From an uncultured Bacilli bacterium (GTDB taxonomy: Bacteria > Bacillota_I > Bacilli_A > RF39 > UBA660): a DNA stretch of 64,000 bases. The notes under the pieces are model-generated. The model searched no databases. It saw only the letters and a list, made by a program, of their open reading frames with translations, and was not told the origin of the DNA. This document shows positions 48,958-59,059 of this stretch, one piece after another. Where the stretch lies: NCBI GenBank assembly GCA_934163035.1, contig CAKPJX010000001.1, forward strand, positions 17,294-81,293, in the 5' to 3' direction. Each line of letters opens with the position of its first letter. Position 1 is the first letter of the stretch. Both the position numbers and the translations under genes were made by a program.

Positions 48958-50934
48958 ATGGTAGAGACAGAAGTAAAGGAGATTGCTATAAAGAATAAAG
49001 ATTCTAATACAGTATCTTTTGATTATGAGAAAACTCCTATTACCCAAATCGCTGATTATATTATTATAAATGCCTCAAATCGAAATAGTTCCGATATCCA
49101 TTTCGACCCTAGAGAAGATGGAATGATGGTAAGATTTAGAATTGATGGTGAATTACAAGACTATACTTTCGTTCCAAAAACTTATGAAAGAAATTTAGTA
49201 ACGCGTCTTAAATTAATATCTAATATGAATATAACTGAATCACGTCTACCACAAGATGGAGCAATCAAAGGTACATTTGGTGGAAAAGAACTAGATATGC
49301 GTGTATCTTGCTTACCATTAAATGAAGGTGAAAAAGTCGTTATTCGTATTCTTGACTATACTAGAAGTTTACAAGGAATTGATAGTCTCGGTTTTAATAA
49401 AGCTAATTTAGCTAAACTAAAGAGAATGATGGGTGTACCTAATGGTATTATCCTAGTTACAGGAGCTACAGGTTCTGGTAAATCAACCACTACCTACTCT
49501 ATATTACAAGGTCTAAATAAACCAGAAATTAATATCATAACTGTTGAAGACCCAATCGAAATGAACATTGAAGGAATGAATCAGGTTCAAGTTAATGCTG
49601 AAATTGGTATGACCTTTGCTGCTGCTCTACGTTCTATTTTGCGTCAAGATCCAAATGTTATCCTAATAGGAGAAATTCGTGACTCTGAAACAGCTCAAAT
49701 AGCAGTACGTGCTTCAATCACAGGGCACCTTGTTCTATCAACAATCCATACCAATAACTCGCTCGCAACAATCGAACGTTTACTAGATATGGATGTAGAA
49801 AGATACTTGCTTTCAACTGCCCTAACGGGTATCATTTCACAAAGACTAGCTAAAAAACTTTGTACTAAATGTCGTATACAAAGACCAACTACTAAATATG
49901 AAAAAAAGGTCTTTAAAAAATATATGCATACTGATGTAGACATTATATGGGATGCCAATCCAAAAGGATGTGACAGTTGTCGTCGAGGTTATAAAGGCAG
50001 AATTGCTATTCAAGAAGTACTAGAAATTGATGATGAAATTAGAAATGCCCTAAATAATGAAAAACTTAAAAAAGAAGATTTAAGTAACATGGTATATACA
50101 GATAAAACTATAACTATGCTTCAAGATGCCCTTGGTAAGGCTCTAGCTGGCTTAACTAGTTTTGAAGAAGTATACAGAGTAATTGAAATAGAAAATGATG
50201 ATGATGATTCAGGTGGTGAATTAACAAAAGCAATTGAAGAAACAACTACACCAGTTACTGAACCTGAAAAAGTAGTTGAGAAAAAGGAAGTAAATATAAC
50301 ACCAACCACTGTTACAAAAGCCGATCAAACAATAAAGATTCCAACAAATAATGTAGCACCACAAAAACAAGTACCAGTAAATACTACTCCTGGACAAATA
50401 ACAACTGCAACCGTTAAAACAGTAACAACTACAGCTCCAAATGTCAAAGAAATACCTAAAAATATAAATCCTGTTGATGTTGCAAATGTTCAAACTGTAA
50501 ACCCCGCACCTATCAATAAGACAATCATAAATCAAAACAAGATAGCAAATGCTACACCTGTACCTAAACAAATTCAACCTAATCAAGTGATTAAACAATA
50601 TCCAGTACCACAACAGCAAATAGCTAAGCCAATAAATCAACAAGTACCTACACAGCAAATAGCTAAGCCAATAAATCAACAAGTACCAGTACAACAAACA
50701 GCTAAACCAATAAACCAGCAAGTACCTGTACAACAACAAATAACTAAACCGGTAACACAGCAGGCTGCAATAAATCAAACAGTAAAAACACCTGGACAAG
50801 TTATAAATAATAGACAAATACCAAATCAACAACAAGTAATAAGAAATGCACCTGTCCAACAACCACAACAAATACCTCAGAATCAACAACAAGTTCGCAC
50901 AGGTCAAGTAGTTATTCCAACTATTAAACAATAA
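48958..50934 (+). CDS. GspE/PilB/ComGA-family secretion ATPase with a long low-complexity C-terminal tail
   Basis: - Walker A GATGSGKSTT.
- Walker B region ILIGEIRD.
- His box GHLVLSTIHTN.
- Tetracysteine CTKC...CDSC.
- From ~aa 412 on, a Q/P/T/N/V-rich tail. Confidence 0.88.
   Translation: MVETEVKEIAIKNKDSNTVSFDYEKTPITQIADYIIINASNRNSSDIHFDPREDGMMVRFRIDGELQDYTFVPKTYERNLVTRLKLISNMNITESRLPQDGAIKGTFGGKELDMRVSCLPLNEGEKVVIRILDYTRSLQGIDSLGFNKANLAKLKRMMGVPNGIILVTGATGSGKSTTTYSILQGLNKPEINIITVEDPIEMNIEGMNQVQVNAEIGMTFAAALRSILRQDPNVILIGEIRDSETAQIAVRASITGHLVLSTIHTNNSLATIERLLDMDVERYLLSTALTGIISQRLAKKLCTKCRIQRPTTKYEKKVFKKYMHTDVDIIWDANPKGCDSCRRGYKGRIAIQEVLEIDDEIRNALNNEKLKKEDLSNMVYTDKTITMLQDALGKALAGLTSFEEVYRVIEIENDDDDSGGELTKAIEETTTPVTEPEKVVEKKEVNITPTTVTKADQTIKIPTNNVAPQKQVPVNTTPGQITTATVKTVTTTAPNVKEIPKNINPVDVANVQTVNPAPINKTIINQNKIANATPVPKQIQPNQVIKQYPVPQQQIAKPINQQVPTQQIAKPINQQVPVQQTAKPINQQVPVQQQITKPVTQQAAINQTVKTPGQVINNRQIPNQQQVIRNAPVQQPQQIPQNQQQVRTGQVVIPTIKQ
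50611..50766 (+). repeat. about four tandem 39-nt (13-aa) repeats in the ATPase tail
   Basis: CAGCAAATAGCTAAGCCAATAAATCAACAAGTACC recurs at 50614 and 50653. The peptides are QQIAKPINQQVPT, QQIAKPINQQVPV, QQTAKPINQQVPV and QQQITKPVTQQAA. Confidence 0.85.
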
Positions 50935-50946
50935 TTTATAACATTA

Positions 50947-50974
50947 AAACCATATTGATTTTTCAATATGGTTT
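50947..50974. terminator. bidirectional rho-independent terminator
   Basis: Perfect 12-bp stem AAACCATATTGA-TTTT-TCAATATGGTTT followed by ATTTTTTATT. Confidence 0.75.
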
Positions 50975-51653
50975 ATTTTTTATTACAAAACTCTAAAACT
51001 AATTTTAAAATCTCATCACTAATATCTTCTATAGATCTAATCCTATCATCCTTAATACAATTAATAATATCCCAATTATAAAGTCCACAAAGTTCTATAT
51101 AACTCTCTTCAGCATTTTTTAAATGTTCACTATCAATAACTTTATCTGCAGCACCAGGTCTATTTCTTTTTAACTCCAATACATATTCATATGGTAAATG
51201 TAAAAAAATTGTTTTATCTGGTTTAGGTAATTGTAATAACCAATATTCTAACTTATCAATCCATTGATACATATTAAATCTTTCATCTTTATCCTTTATT
51301 TTACTACCCTGATGTGCCAAACTAGAAGTAGTATAACGATCAAGTATAACAAAGTATCCCTTGTCTAAATATTCTAAAACTTTATTGATGTTATATTTTC
51401 TATCAGCTGCATAATATAGACAAGCTATTCTCGGATCAACATTTCCAGCTCCCTCATTAAATAAGCACTTAGAAATTTCTTCTTTTCCTAAATAAGAACC
51501 TCCAACAATCTTTCCAGTTGGTGTATCGTACATTGGAAATGACATTCTAACACACTTAACACCTTCTCTATTCAACTTCTCACAAAGAAGACTACTTTGT
51601 GTTTCCTTACCAGAACAACCAACACCTTCAATAACAATAATTTTTCCCTTCAT
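50973..51653 (-). CDS. tmk: dTMP kinase
   Basis: IVIEGVGCSGKETQ P-loop and DRYTTSSLAHQG. I prefer the start MKGKIIV at 51653 after AAGAGGG. Confidence 0.85.
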   Translation of the reverse strand: MKGKIIVIEGVGCSGKETQSSLLCEKLNREGVKCVRMSFPMYDTPTGKIVGGSYLGKEEISKCLFNEGAGNVDPRIACLYYAADRKYNINKVLEYLDKGYFVILDRYTTSSLAHQGSKIKDKDERFNMYQWIDKLEYWLLQLPKPDKTIFLHLPYEYVLELKRNRPGAADKVIDSEHLKNAEESYIELCGLYNWDIINCIKDDRIRSIEDISDEILKLVLEFCNKK

Positions 51654-51657
51654 ACCA

Positions 51658-52263
51658 TTAACCCTCTTCATCTATATCTCTAATATTTATTCTAAATGAA
51701 AATGAACTATCCTTATCACTAACTACATAATCTTCACTTATCCATGTTCTAAGCCTAAAAGTTCTGCTTTCTTTACCATTTAAATATCCATAATATATAA
51801 TCGCAGAACCTAATAAATTAGTATTATTAAACTTACTCCAAACAGGAACACTTTCAGCAAATCCCCTTAAAGCAATATCCTTATCATCAGTTAAATATAT
51901 CTTCAAAAAGTCCCCATCAAAATTATTAGATAAAGGTTCTAACAAAATCTCATATTTAACTCTTTTTTTAGCTTTATTAGTAATCTTAAATTCAAAATAA
52001 TCTGTCTTTTTATTACTCTTTTTACCAACATCATCACTAATAGGCATAGCACTAACCAATTTAATAACATTATCATCACTCTCTTTATAATTAAAAGATA
52101 AATATCCAGCTGTTAAAACATTAACTTTATCTTTTTTAAAAGATCCAGATAATACTTTAAATCCTAATAGGGAAATCACAAAAACTAAACATAATATACT
52201 AATGATCAGTCTAATAATTTCTTCTCTTAACTTCTTTTTGATCATATATTTTCTATTAGCCAT
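51658..52263 (-). CDS. membrane-anchored hypothetical protein
   Basis: N-terminal anchor IIRLIISILCLVFVISLLGF plus a beta-rich ectodomain. No motif recognised. Confidence 0.5.
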   Translation of the reverse strand: MANRKYMIKKKLREEIIRLIISILCLVFVISLLGFKVLSGSFKKDKVNVLTAGYLSFNYKESDDNVIKLVSAMPISDDVGKKSNKKTDYFEFKITNKAKKRVKYEILLEPLSNNFDGDFLKIYLTDDKDIALRGFAESVPVWSKFNNTNLLGSAIIYYGYLNGKESRTFRLRTWISEDYVVSDKDSSFSFRINIRDIDEEG

Positions 52264-52358
52264 ACAAATTCCCCTTTCTCTTTTAAATATATCAAAAATA
52301 CTAATCTATCTCAATAAATAATTAAATTTTATTTCTAAAAAGAAAAAACAAATGTCTA

Positions 52359-52940
52359 TTAGACACTTATTTCATTATTCTCATCAAATGGTAATAAAAT
52401 ACATTTACGACTAGCTAAATAATCACACATATGTACAAAATTCTGATATTTTGTTTTTGGTTTTTCTAAAACTTCTACTCCATTATAATCTGTTATCCAA
52501 TTACCCATATGAGTTTTTATAACATCACAGACAAATTCTATTTCTGGTATATCTAAATCTAATTTATCCTCATTATCCATAATATAATCAGCCATTAAAA
52601 TTGGATGATCAAATCTTGTATATTTTTCTTGTGTAAGACCACTTTTTAGACCATCGTGTAATATAAGTGCCATAATCATAAGATCTTTTTCTAAAGCTGT
52701 ATACTTATCTCCAATAGAAGGATCTTCTAATAATTCATGTCCTATTCTAGCAGCAGCTTTACTATGACGTAAAAGTCCTCCTTCACCTAGAGCATACTCT
52801 GGATGATACTTTCCTGTTGAAGATGCTGGAACTTCAAAAAAATAATCCGGTAATAATTTTATCATCTCTTGACAAGCTTTTTTTACTTTATCACTATTAA
52901 TATATTCTAATTCTCTAGAAAACTTTAGAACTTTATCCAT
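52359..52940 (-). CDS. HD-domain phosphohydrolase
   Basis: RHSKAAA...LILHDGLK (H...HD). I prefer the start MDKVLKF at 52940 after GGAGAGAAG. Confidence 0.75.
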   Translation of the reverse strand: MDKVLKFSRELEYINSDKVKKACQEMIKLLPDYFFEVPASSTGKYHPEYALGEGGLLRHSKAAARIGHELLEDPSIGDKYTALEKDLMIMALILHDGLKSGLTQEKYTRFDHPILMADYIMDNEDKLDLDIPEIEFVCDVIKTHMGNWITDYNGVEVLEKPKTKYQNFVHMCDYLASRKCILLPFDENNEISV

Positions 52941-54033
52941 ACTTCTCTCCTTCGATAAATTGAACAATTATTTCATTACTTATATAAAATTTATCTTCTG
53001 GAATAAATAAACTATCCCCATCATCAACAATAAATCCATTATTTATAAGTACATCATAATTATAACACTCATCTATTTTTTTACCAAATTTATTATAAAA
53101 AATGTCTTTATTTATCCCCTCACTAAGTCTAAGTCCTAACATTATTTCATATTCCATATTATCATGTTTATTAACGTCTTCACTAGAAAGTATATATTCG
53201 CCTGAAAAATACTTATTAAAAGATCTTGTATTAGTAAATCTTTTATTATTTAAATAAGAACTAGCTCCAAGACCAAAACCATAATATTCTAAATTATGCC
53301 AGTATACTAAATTATGCCTAGATTGATAATTACTCTTACAAAAGTTACTTATTTCATAATGAATAAAATCATTATCCCTTAAATATTTACATATAAATTT
53401 ATACATCTCTAAATCCAATTCTTCATCAATATTCTTGATATTTTTATATTTCAATAAAGTATTATTTTCTATTATTAAAGAATAAGTAGAAATATGTTTA
53501 ATGTCTAAACTCATTATAAAATCTAAATCATTTTTTAAATCACTCGTACTTTGATTAACAAGAGCATATATTAAATCTATATTAATATTATCAAGACCAA
53601 TCTCTTTAGCATATTTAACCATATCAATAACATGTTCTCTATCGAATTCTCTATTTAAGAATTTCAAATGTATTGGATTAACTGTCTCAAGCCCAAAACT
53701 TAATCTATTAATACCACATTTTTTAAATAAATCTAATTTATCTTTATTTATACTTTCAAAATTAGCTTCTATTGTAAATTCACAGAAACTACTTTTATTT
53801 ATCTTCTTTGTTATACTAAAAAGTCTTTCTAACTGTAAGATATTCAAAGAACTAGGTGTTCCACCACCTATATATATTGTATCTACTACTTCACCAAGAT
53901 ATCTATCGTTAACTTCTTTTTCCAAATTATCTAAATATTTATCTACTAAATTAGAATTATATAGTACTTTACAGAAATCACAATAAGAACAAATTTTATC
54001 ACAAAATGGAATATGTATGTATATACTAGCCAT
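52933..54033 (-). CDS. hemW: radical SAM heme chaperone HemW (coproporphyrinogen III oxidase-like)
   Basis: YIHIPFCDKICSYCDF radical SAM motif, GGGTPS, and position next to lepA. Confidence 0.88.
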   Translation of the reverse strand: MASIYIHIPFCDKICSYCDFCKVLYNSNLVDKYLDNLEKEVNDRYLGEVVDTIYIGGGTPSSLNILQLERLFSITKKINKSSFCEFTIEANFESINKDKLDLFKKCGINRLSFGLETVNPIHLKFLNREFDREHVIDMVKYAKEIGLDNINIDLIYALVNQSTSDLKNDLDFIMSLDIKHISTYSLIIENNTLLKYKNIKNIDEELDLEMYKFICKYLRDNDFIHYEISNFCKSNYQSRHNLVYWHNLEYYGFGLGASSYLNNKRFTNTRSFNKYFSGEYILSSEDVNKHDNMEYEIMLGLRLSEGINKDIFYNKFGKKIDECYNYDVLINNGFIVDDGDSLFIPEDKFYISNEIIVQFIEGEKYG

Positions 54034-54569
54034 TACTTAGACTTTCCTGATTTTGAATTTGTTGTAGCAATAGCCTCATCCACCATACTGCTTAATTGAC
54101 TAGAATCAGATTCAGAACTTAAATTTGTTCTATTTTTACGTGGAACAGTCCTAATATCAACATTTTTTTCATACTGGCCAACAACTTTTGCATATAAATC
54201 AGCACCCAAAACCTCTTCATTAAAGCGTGTATAAAGTGTACCTAAAGATGCATCACTTTCTAAATCCAAATCTCTCAAAGTTAATCCTTTTTCTACCATT
54301 GCAGTAGCAGCTTTAATCATTTCTTCATCACTATATTTCTTATGTCCTAAATTACCATTAGTACTTTTACCAGCTAACCACTTATCATATTTAACACGAT
54401 CAAGCTCCATCTGTAGTTGTGGGCTTAGTTTAACCTTTGCCTTTCCAGAAAAATATCTAACTAGCGTAGTTCTAGAAATGCCTACTGAATCAGCTAAACC
54501 ACCTATAGTCCAATCAGAATTTATATAAATAATTGCAACTCTTTCTAATTCTTCACTTGTTATACCCAT
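54033..54569 (-). CDS. HTH DNA-binding protein, SpoIIID-like N-terminal part
   Basis: LADSVGISRTTLVRYFSGK HTH followed by LSPQLQMELDRVKYDKWLAGKS, resembling the SpoIIID layout. It is longer (178 aa) and has a Ser-rich tail. Confidence 0.4.
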   Translation of the reverse strand: MGITSEELERVAIIYINSDWTIGGLADSVGISRTTLVRYFSGKAKVKLSPQLQMELDRVKYDKWLAGKSTNGNLGHKKYSDEEMIKAATAMVEKGLTLRDLDLESDASLGTLYTRFNEEVLGADLYAKVVGQYEKNVDIRTVPRKNRTNLSSESDSSQLSSMVDEAIATTNSKSGKSK

Positions 54570-54581
54570 AATTATTACTCC

Positions 54582-56381
54582 TTACTCACTATCCATACTT
54601 AAAACACTCATAAAAGCTTCTTGTGGTAGTTCAACACTACCAATTCTCTTCATTTTCTTTTTACCCTCTTTTTGTTTTTCCAGAAGTTTTCTCTTACGAG
54701 TTATATCTCCACCATAACACTTTGCTAAAACATCTTTTCTTAATGCTTTAACGGTACTCCTAGAAATTATATGATTACCAATTGCTGCTTGAATTGGTAT
54801 TTCAAACAACTGCCTTGGTATTGTCTCCTTTAGCTTTTCTACAACTGCTCTTCCTCTATGATAAGCAAAATCTTTATGAACAATTGTACTAAATGCATCT
54901 ACAATATCTCCATTAAGTAAAATATCCATCTTTACCAGATCACTACTTTTATATCCAATCATCTCATAATCAAACGATGCATAACCCTTTGTAGTTGATT
55001 TTAACTTATCAAAAAAATCATAAACTATTTCAGCTAAAGGAAGTTCATAATGTATATTAACCCTTGTATCATCAATATACTCCATTGAAATATATTTACC
55101 CCTTTTATTTTGGCAAAGCTCCATAATCGCTCCAATATATTCACTAGGTGTAAATATACTTGTTTTTATATAAGGCTCCCTAGTCTCTTTAATCTTACTC
55201 TTATCAGGCATCTTACTAGGTGTATCTATTTCAATAACTTCTCCATTAGTTAATACAACTTGATATATAACTGAAGGAGCTGTTGTTATAATATCTATTC
55301 CAAACTCTCTAGCAATTCTTTCTTTAATTATATCCATATGTAAAAGGCCTAAAAAACCACATCTAAATCCAAAACCTAATGCACTAGAAGTTTCAGGTGA
55401 AAATTCAAATGATGCATCATTTAGTCGTAATTTACTTAAAGCTTCTCTTAATGGTTCAAACTTAATACTATCAACTGGATAAAGTCCACAAAAAACCATT
55501 GACTTCATAGGCTTATATCCAACTAAAGCCTTATCTGTATAATGTTCTAGTGAAGTAATAGTATCTCCTACTTTTACAGCTCTAATATCTTTAATAGCTG
55601 CAACTACATGACCAACTTCACCACTACAAAGCTCATTCTTCTTTACTTCTTTAGGTGTATTTATAAATAATTCCGTTACAATAAAATCTTTATTAGCAGC
55701 TATCATATGAATAGTATCTCCTACCTTAAGTCTACCATTCATAACACAAACTGCAACAACAACTCCTCTATAAGCATCAAATATACTATCAAATATTAAA
55801 GCCTGTAAAGGAAGATTAGAATCACCTTTAGGTTCAGGTACCCTATCAATAATAGCTTGAACTAACTTTTCAACTCCCTCACCCGTTTTAGCACTAGTAA
55901 GAATAATCTCATCATCACTAAAACCAAATACTTTGTTAAGTTCTCTCTTTACCTTCTCTACATTAGCATTAGGTAAATCTATTTTATTAATAACTGGAAT
56001 AATTGTTAAATCATTTTCCATCGCTAAAAACATATTAGCAAGAGTTTGAGCCTCTACTCCTTGAGCCGCATCTACTACTAAAATAGCACCATCACAAGCA
56101 GCTAAACTTCTACTAACCTCATATGAAAAATCTACATGTCCTGGAGTATCAATAAGATTAAGTTGATACAAATTATTATTATATTGATAATTCATAGTAG
56201 CTGTATTAAGTTTAATAGTAATTCCACGTTCTCTCTCTATATCCATAGAATCAAGGATCTGATCCTTAGCTTCCCTTTTTGTAACAGCACCACATACTTC
56301 CAAAATACGATCAGCTAAAGTACTCTTACCATGATCAATATGAGCAATAATAGAAAAGTTTCTTATATTCTTACGTTCCAT
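54582..56381 (-). CDS. lepA: translation elongation factor 4
   Basis: [33 protein letters not shown] and the LepA C-terminal domain. 599 aa. Confidence 0.97.
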   Translation of the reverse strand: MERKNIRNFSIIAHIDHGKSTLADRILEVCGAVTKREAKDQILDSMDIERERGITIKLNTATMNYQYNNNLYQLNLIDTPGHVDFSYEVSRSLAACDGAILVVDAAQGVEAQTLANMFLAMENDLTIIPVINKIDLPNANVEKVKRELNKVFGFSDDEIILTSAKTGEGVEKLVQAIIDRVPEPKGDSNLPLQALIFDSIFDAYRGVVVAVCVMNGRLKVGDTIHMIAANKDFIVTELFINTPKEVKKNELCSGEVGHVVAAIKDIRAVKVGDTITSLEHYTDKALVGYKPMKSMVFCGLYPVDSIKFEPLREALSKLRLNDASFEFSPETSSALGFGFRCGFLGLLHMDIIKERIAREFGIDIITTAPSVIYQVVLTNGEVIEIDTPSKMPDKSKIKETREPYIKTSIFTPSEYIGAIMELCQNKRGKYISMEYIDDTRVNIHYELPLAEIVYDFFDKLKSTTKGYASFDYEMIGYKSSDLVKMDILLNGDIVDAFSTIVHKDFAYHRGRAVVEKLKETIPRQLFEIPIQAAIGNHIISRSTVKALRKDVLAKCYGGDITRKRKLLEKQKEGKKKMKRIGSVELPQEAFMSVLSMDSE

Positions 56382-56506
56382 AAAAATCCTCCAGTAATTA
56401 AAATTATATCAAAAAAAATAATACTTTTCCATAAAGAATAATAAAAAAGCAAGAAATCTCATCATAATCTCTTGCTACTTTAAAAACTCATTTTATAAAT
56501 ATATTA

Positions 56507-57781
56507 CTATTCATCTTTTCCTAATAATTTAACAACACTACAATTATTAAAGTCTATTTTACTAAGTATATCATTTAACTCCTCTAAATTAAGACTTCTA
56601 ATCTCATCAATTCTATTAGTAACAACTCTCTTATATCTAATTAAATCATCATATACATTATTAACAACTGAATCAATATAATCAGCCATTCTAACTTCAT
56701 TTGCAATCCAAACTTTCTTTACACGTTCAACTACATCTGCTAAAATATTTATATTTTTAACTTCAGTCCTTATCTCATCAATCAATGTATCGGGTTCCTT
56801 AGTTGATGCAATCATTAAATAAGTTTTAAATCCATCAATAGACTCCCATTCCATATAAAGACTATTTAATAGTTTCTTATTTCTAACTCTTTCTCTAAAT
56901 TCAGATGAAGATCCAAAACAAATAGTAGAAATCATTTCTAAATATAAATCAAGTTTTAAAGGATCATAATCCTCTAACTTATCAGTTGGTATTTTAAAAC
57001 CAACCCCTATTTTAGGTAATTTAACACTTGAATGTATTGTAACTTCTCTATCTTTTACTTCCTTAGGCTCATCTATTTTCTTTATAACTGGAATATTTTT
57101 TCTACTAACAGAATCCATCTCTTTATGAATAATTTTACTAGCCTCTTCTACATCAAAATTACCAACTAATAAAACAAACATATTATTAGGACAATAAAAA
57201 TTATTATAGCATTTATATAAATCTTCTTTAGTAATTTTATTAATCTCTTCAATAGATCCACCTATATCAATACGCCTAGGATGAATATGATAAATTGCTT
57301 CTCTTAATCTAGTCTCCATCTGCCATTCAGGAATATCAGCATACATCTTTAACTCTTCACCAATAATACCTTTTTCTTTTTCTACATTACTATCAGTATA
57401 ATATGGCTGATTAACATAATTTAACAAAAACTTTAAATTATCACTAAAATTCTTAGTACCATAACATATATATTGTGTATTATCAAAAGAAGTAGAAGCA
57501 TTAGCACCAGTACCACTTTCTGAAAAATAAGTAAATGGATCAACACCATCTTCTTGTTCAAACATCTTATGCTCTAAAAAATGAGCTATACCATCTGGTA
57601 CCTTTACTTCTTCTTTAGTATCAATATCTATAAAAGAAGTAACTTCAGATCCATATCTAGTAGCATAAGACATAAAGTAATTTTTCTTATTAGAAAAAGG
57701 TATCATATATACTTCTAAACCATTAATTAATGTTTCTGAATATAAATCTAAATCTAATCCTTTTAAACTAACTTTTCTCAT
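56507..57781 (-). CDS. M16 (pitrilysin) family peptidase, YmfH-like
   Basis: GIAHFLEHKMFE (HxxEH inverted zincin). It is paired with the upstream M16 gene. Confidence 0.8.
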   Translation of the reverse strand: MRKVSLKGLDLDLYSETLINGLEVYMIPFSNKKNYFMSYATRYGSEVTSFIDIDTKEEVKVPDGIAHFLEHKMFEQEDGVDPFTYFSESGTGANASTSFDNTQYICYGTKNFSDNLKFLLNYVNQPYYTDSNVEKEKGIIGEELKMYADIPEWQMETRLREAIYHIHPRRIDIGGSIEEINKITKEDLYKCYNNFYCPNNMFVLLVGNFDVEEASKIIHKEMDSVSRKNIPVIKKIDEPKEVKDREVTIHSSVKLPKIGVGFKIPTDKLEDYDPLKLDLYLEMISTICFGSSSEFRERVRNKKLLNSLYMEWESIDGFKTYLMIASTKEPDTLIDEIRTEVKNINILADVVERVKKVWIANEVRMADYIDSVVNNVYDDLIRYKRVVTNRIDEIRSLNLEELNDILSKIDFNNCSVVKLLGKDE

Positions 57782-59054
57782 CAGCTACCCCCTCTAAACA
57801 AAATATTGTATCCATATAAACCTTCTTCGCAACTTCAACAATTTCTTCCTTAACTACTTTATTCATCATACTACGCTTTTTATCAATATCATCAGTACCG
57901 ATCATTTCCATAACATAATAATTATTAATAATTCTATCTTCATTTTCCAGAATTTCATCCATTGCTGTATTATAGTACTCTTTAGCTATCTTAATATCAT
58001 TTTCATCAAATTCCCCATTCTTCATAGCTAAAAGTTCCTTCTCAATAATTTTAACAGCCTTCTTAAAATTACTCTTATCAATTCCAGATCTTATAATAAC
58101 AATATTATCAAGCTTATTAACAACAGAGTTTATTGTATAACATAGAGAATTTTTCTCCCTAACATTCTTAAATAATTTAGAATCAGATCCTCCACCAAAT
58201 ATTATATTAAATAATGTTAGAGGATATTTTCTCTCATAATCAGTTAAACCATTACATCTACAAGCAATTGCTAATTTAGATTGTGTATTATCAATCTCTT
58301 CCTTAACAAATCTTCTTCTCATTCTAGGTTTCTTTTCTAATGCAAAATAATCAACTTTATAATTTTTAAAAGTATTAATTTTAAAAGTCTCATCTATTAA
58401 TTTAATCATCTCATCATTATCTATATTACCAATTACAAAAATATCAACTAAATCTTCTCTTATCATACTTACATAATATTGATAAAGCTTATTACCCGTT
58501 ATTTTATCTAAATCATCTATATATCCCATCATTCTATAAGAATATACACCCTTCTTATCAAACTCTTCAAACATTCTAATCAAACTATAATCAGATGGAT
58601 TATCTTTTATAGAATTAAGTGAATTTAGACAAGCTGTTCTTACTATATCTAATTTTTCCTCATTAAAAGATCCATTCACAATATCAGGATCAAATATAAT
58701 ATCATGAATAAAATTCAATGAATCTCTAAAATTACCCTCTTCTGTATACTTATCATTAAGTACATTTAAACAAAAACTTGTATTTATATAATTACCATAT
58801 CTAGAATTAGAACAACGTATATCAGCAGCATATAAATCCTGTGCTTTAATAGTTAAACTTCTCTTAGAAGGATACTTACCACTAGATTGAGTAAACATAT
58901 CACATAAGATATTTCTAATAGTAATTTCATTCTTCTTTATTGGCCTTCTAAAATTAATTTTAATTGTAACAGTTTTAAACCTATCTGTTTGAATTAAATG
59001 TAAGTTATAGCCACCCATATTTTTTTTAGTATATTTCAAAATATCACCATCCAT
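57768..59054 (-). CDS. M16 family peptidase-like protein without the zinc motif, YmfF-like
   Basis: Same fold pattern and length, but I see no HxxEH. It overlaps the partner gene by 14 nt. Confidence 0.7.
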   Translation of the reverse strand: MDGDILKYTKKNMGGYNLHLIQTDRFKTVTIKINFRRPIKKNEITIRNILCDMFTQSSGKYPSKRSLTIKAQDLYAADIRCSNSRYGNYINTSFCLNVLNDKYTEEGNFRDSLNFIHDIIFDPDIVNGSFNEEKLDIVRTACLNSLNSIKDNPSDYSLIRMFEEFDKKGVYSYRMMGYIDDLDKITGNKLYQYYVSMIREDLVDIFVIGNIDNDEMIKLIDETFKINTFKNYKVDYFALEKKPRMRRRFVKEEIDNTQSKLAIACRCNGLTDYERKYPLTLFNIIFGGGSDSKLFKNVREKNSLCYTINSVVNKLDNIVIIRSGIDKSNFKKAVKIIEKELLAMKNGEFDENDIKIAKEYYNTAMDEILENEDRIINNYYVMEMIGTDDIDKKRSMMNKVVKEEIVEVAKKVYMDTIFCLEGVADEKS

Positions 59055-59059
59055 TCATA

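Noticed and set aside
50221-50931. A 236-aa ORF antisense to the ATPase tail.
   Set aside because: It mirrors the low-complexity repeat region. Its predicted protein is Cys/Tyr/Leu-rich low-complexity sequence with no RBS. The sense frame is continuous with a conserved ATPase.
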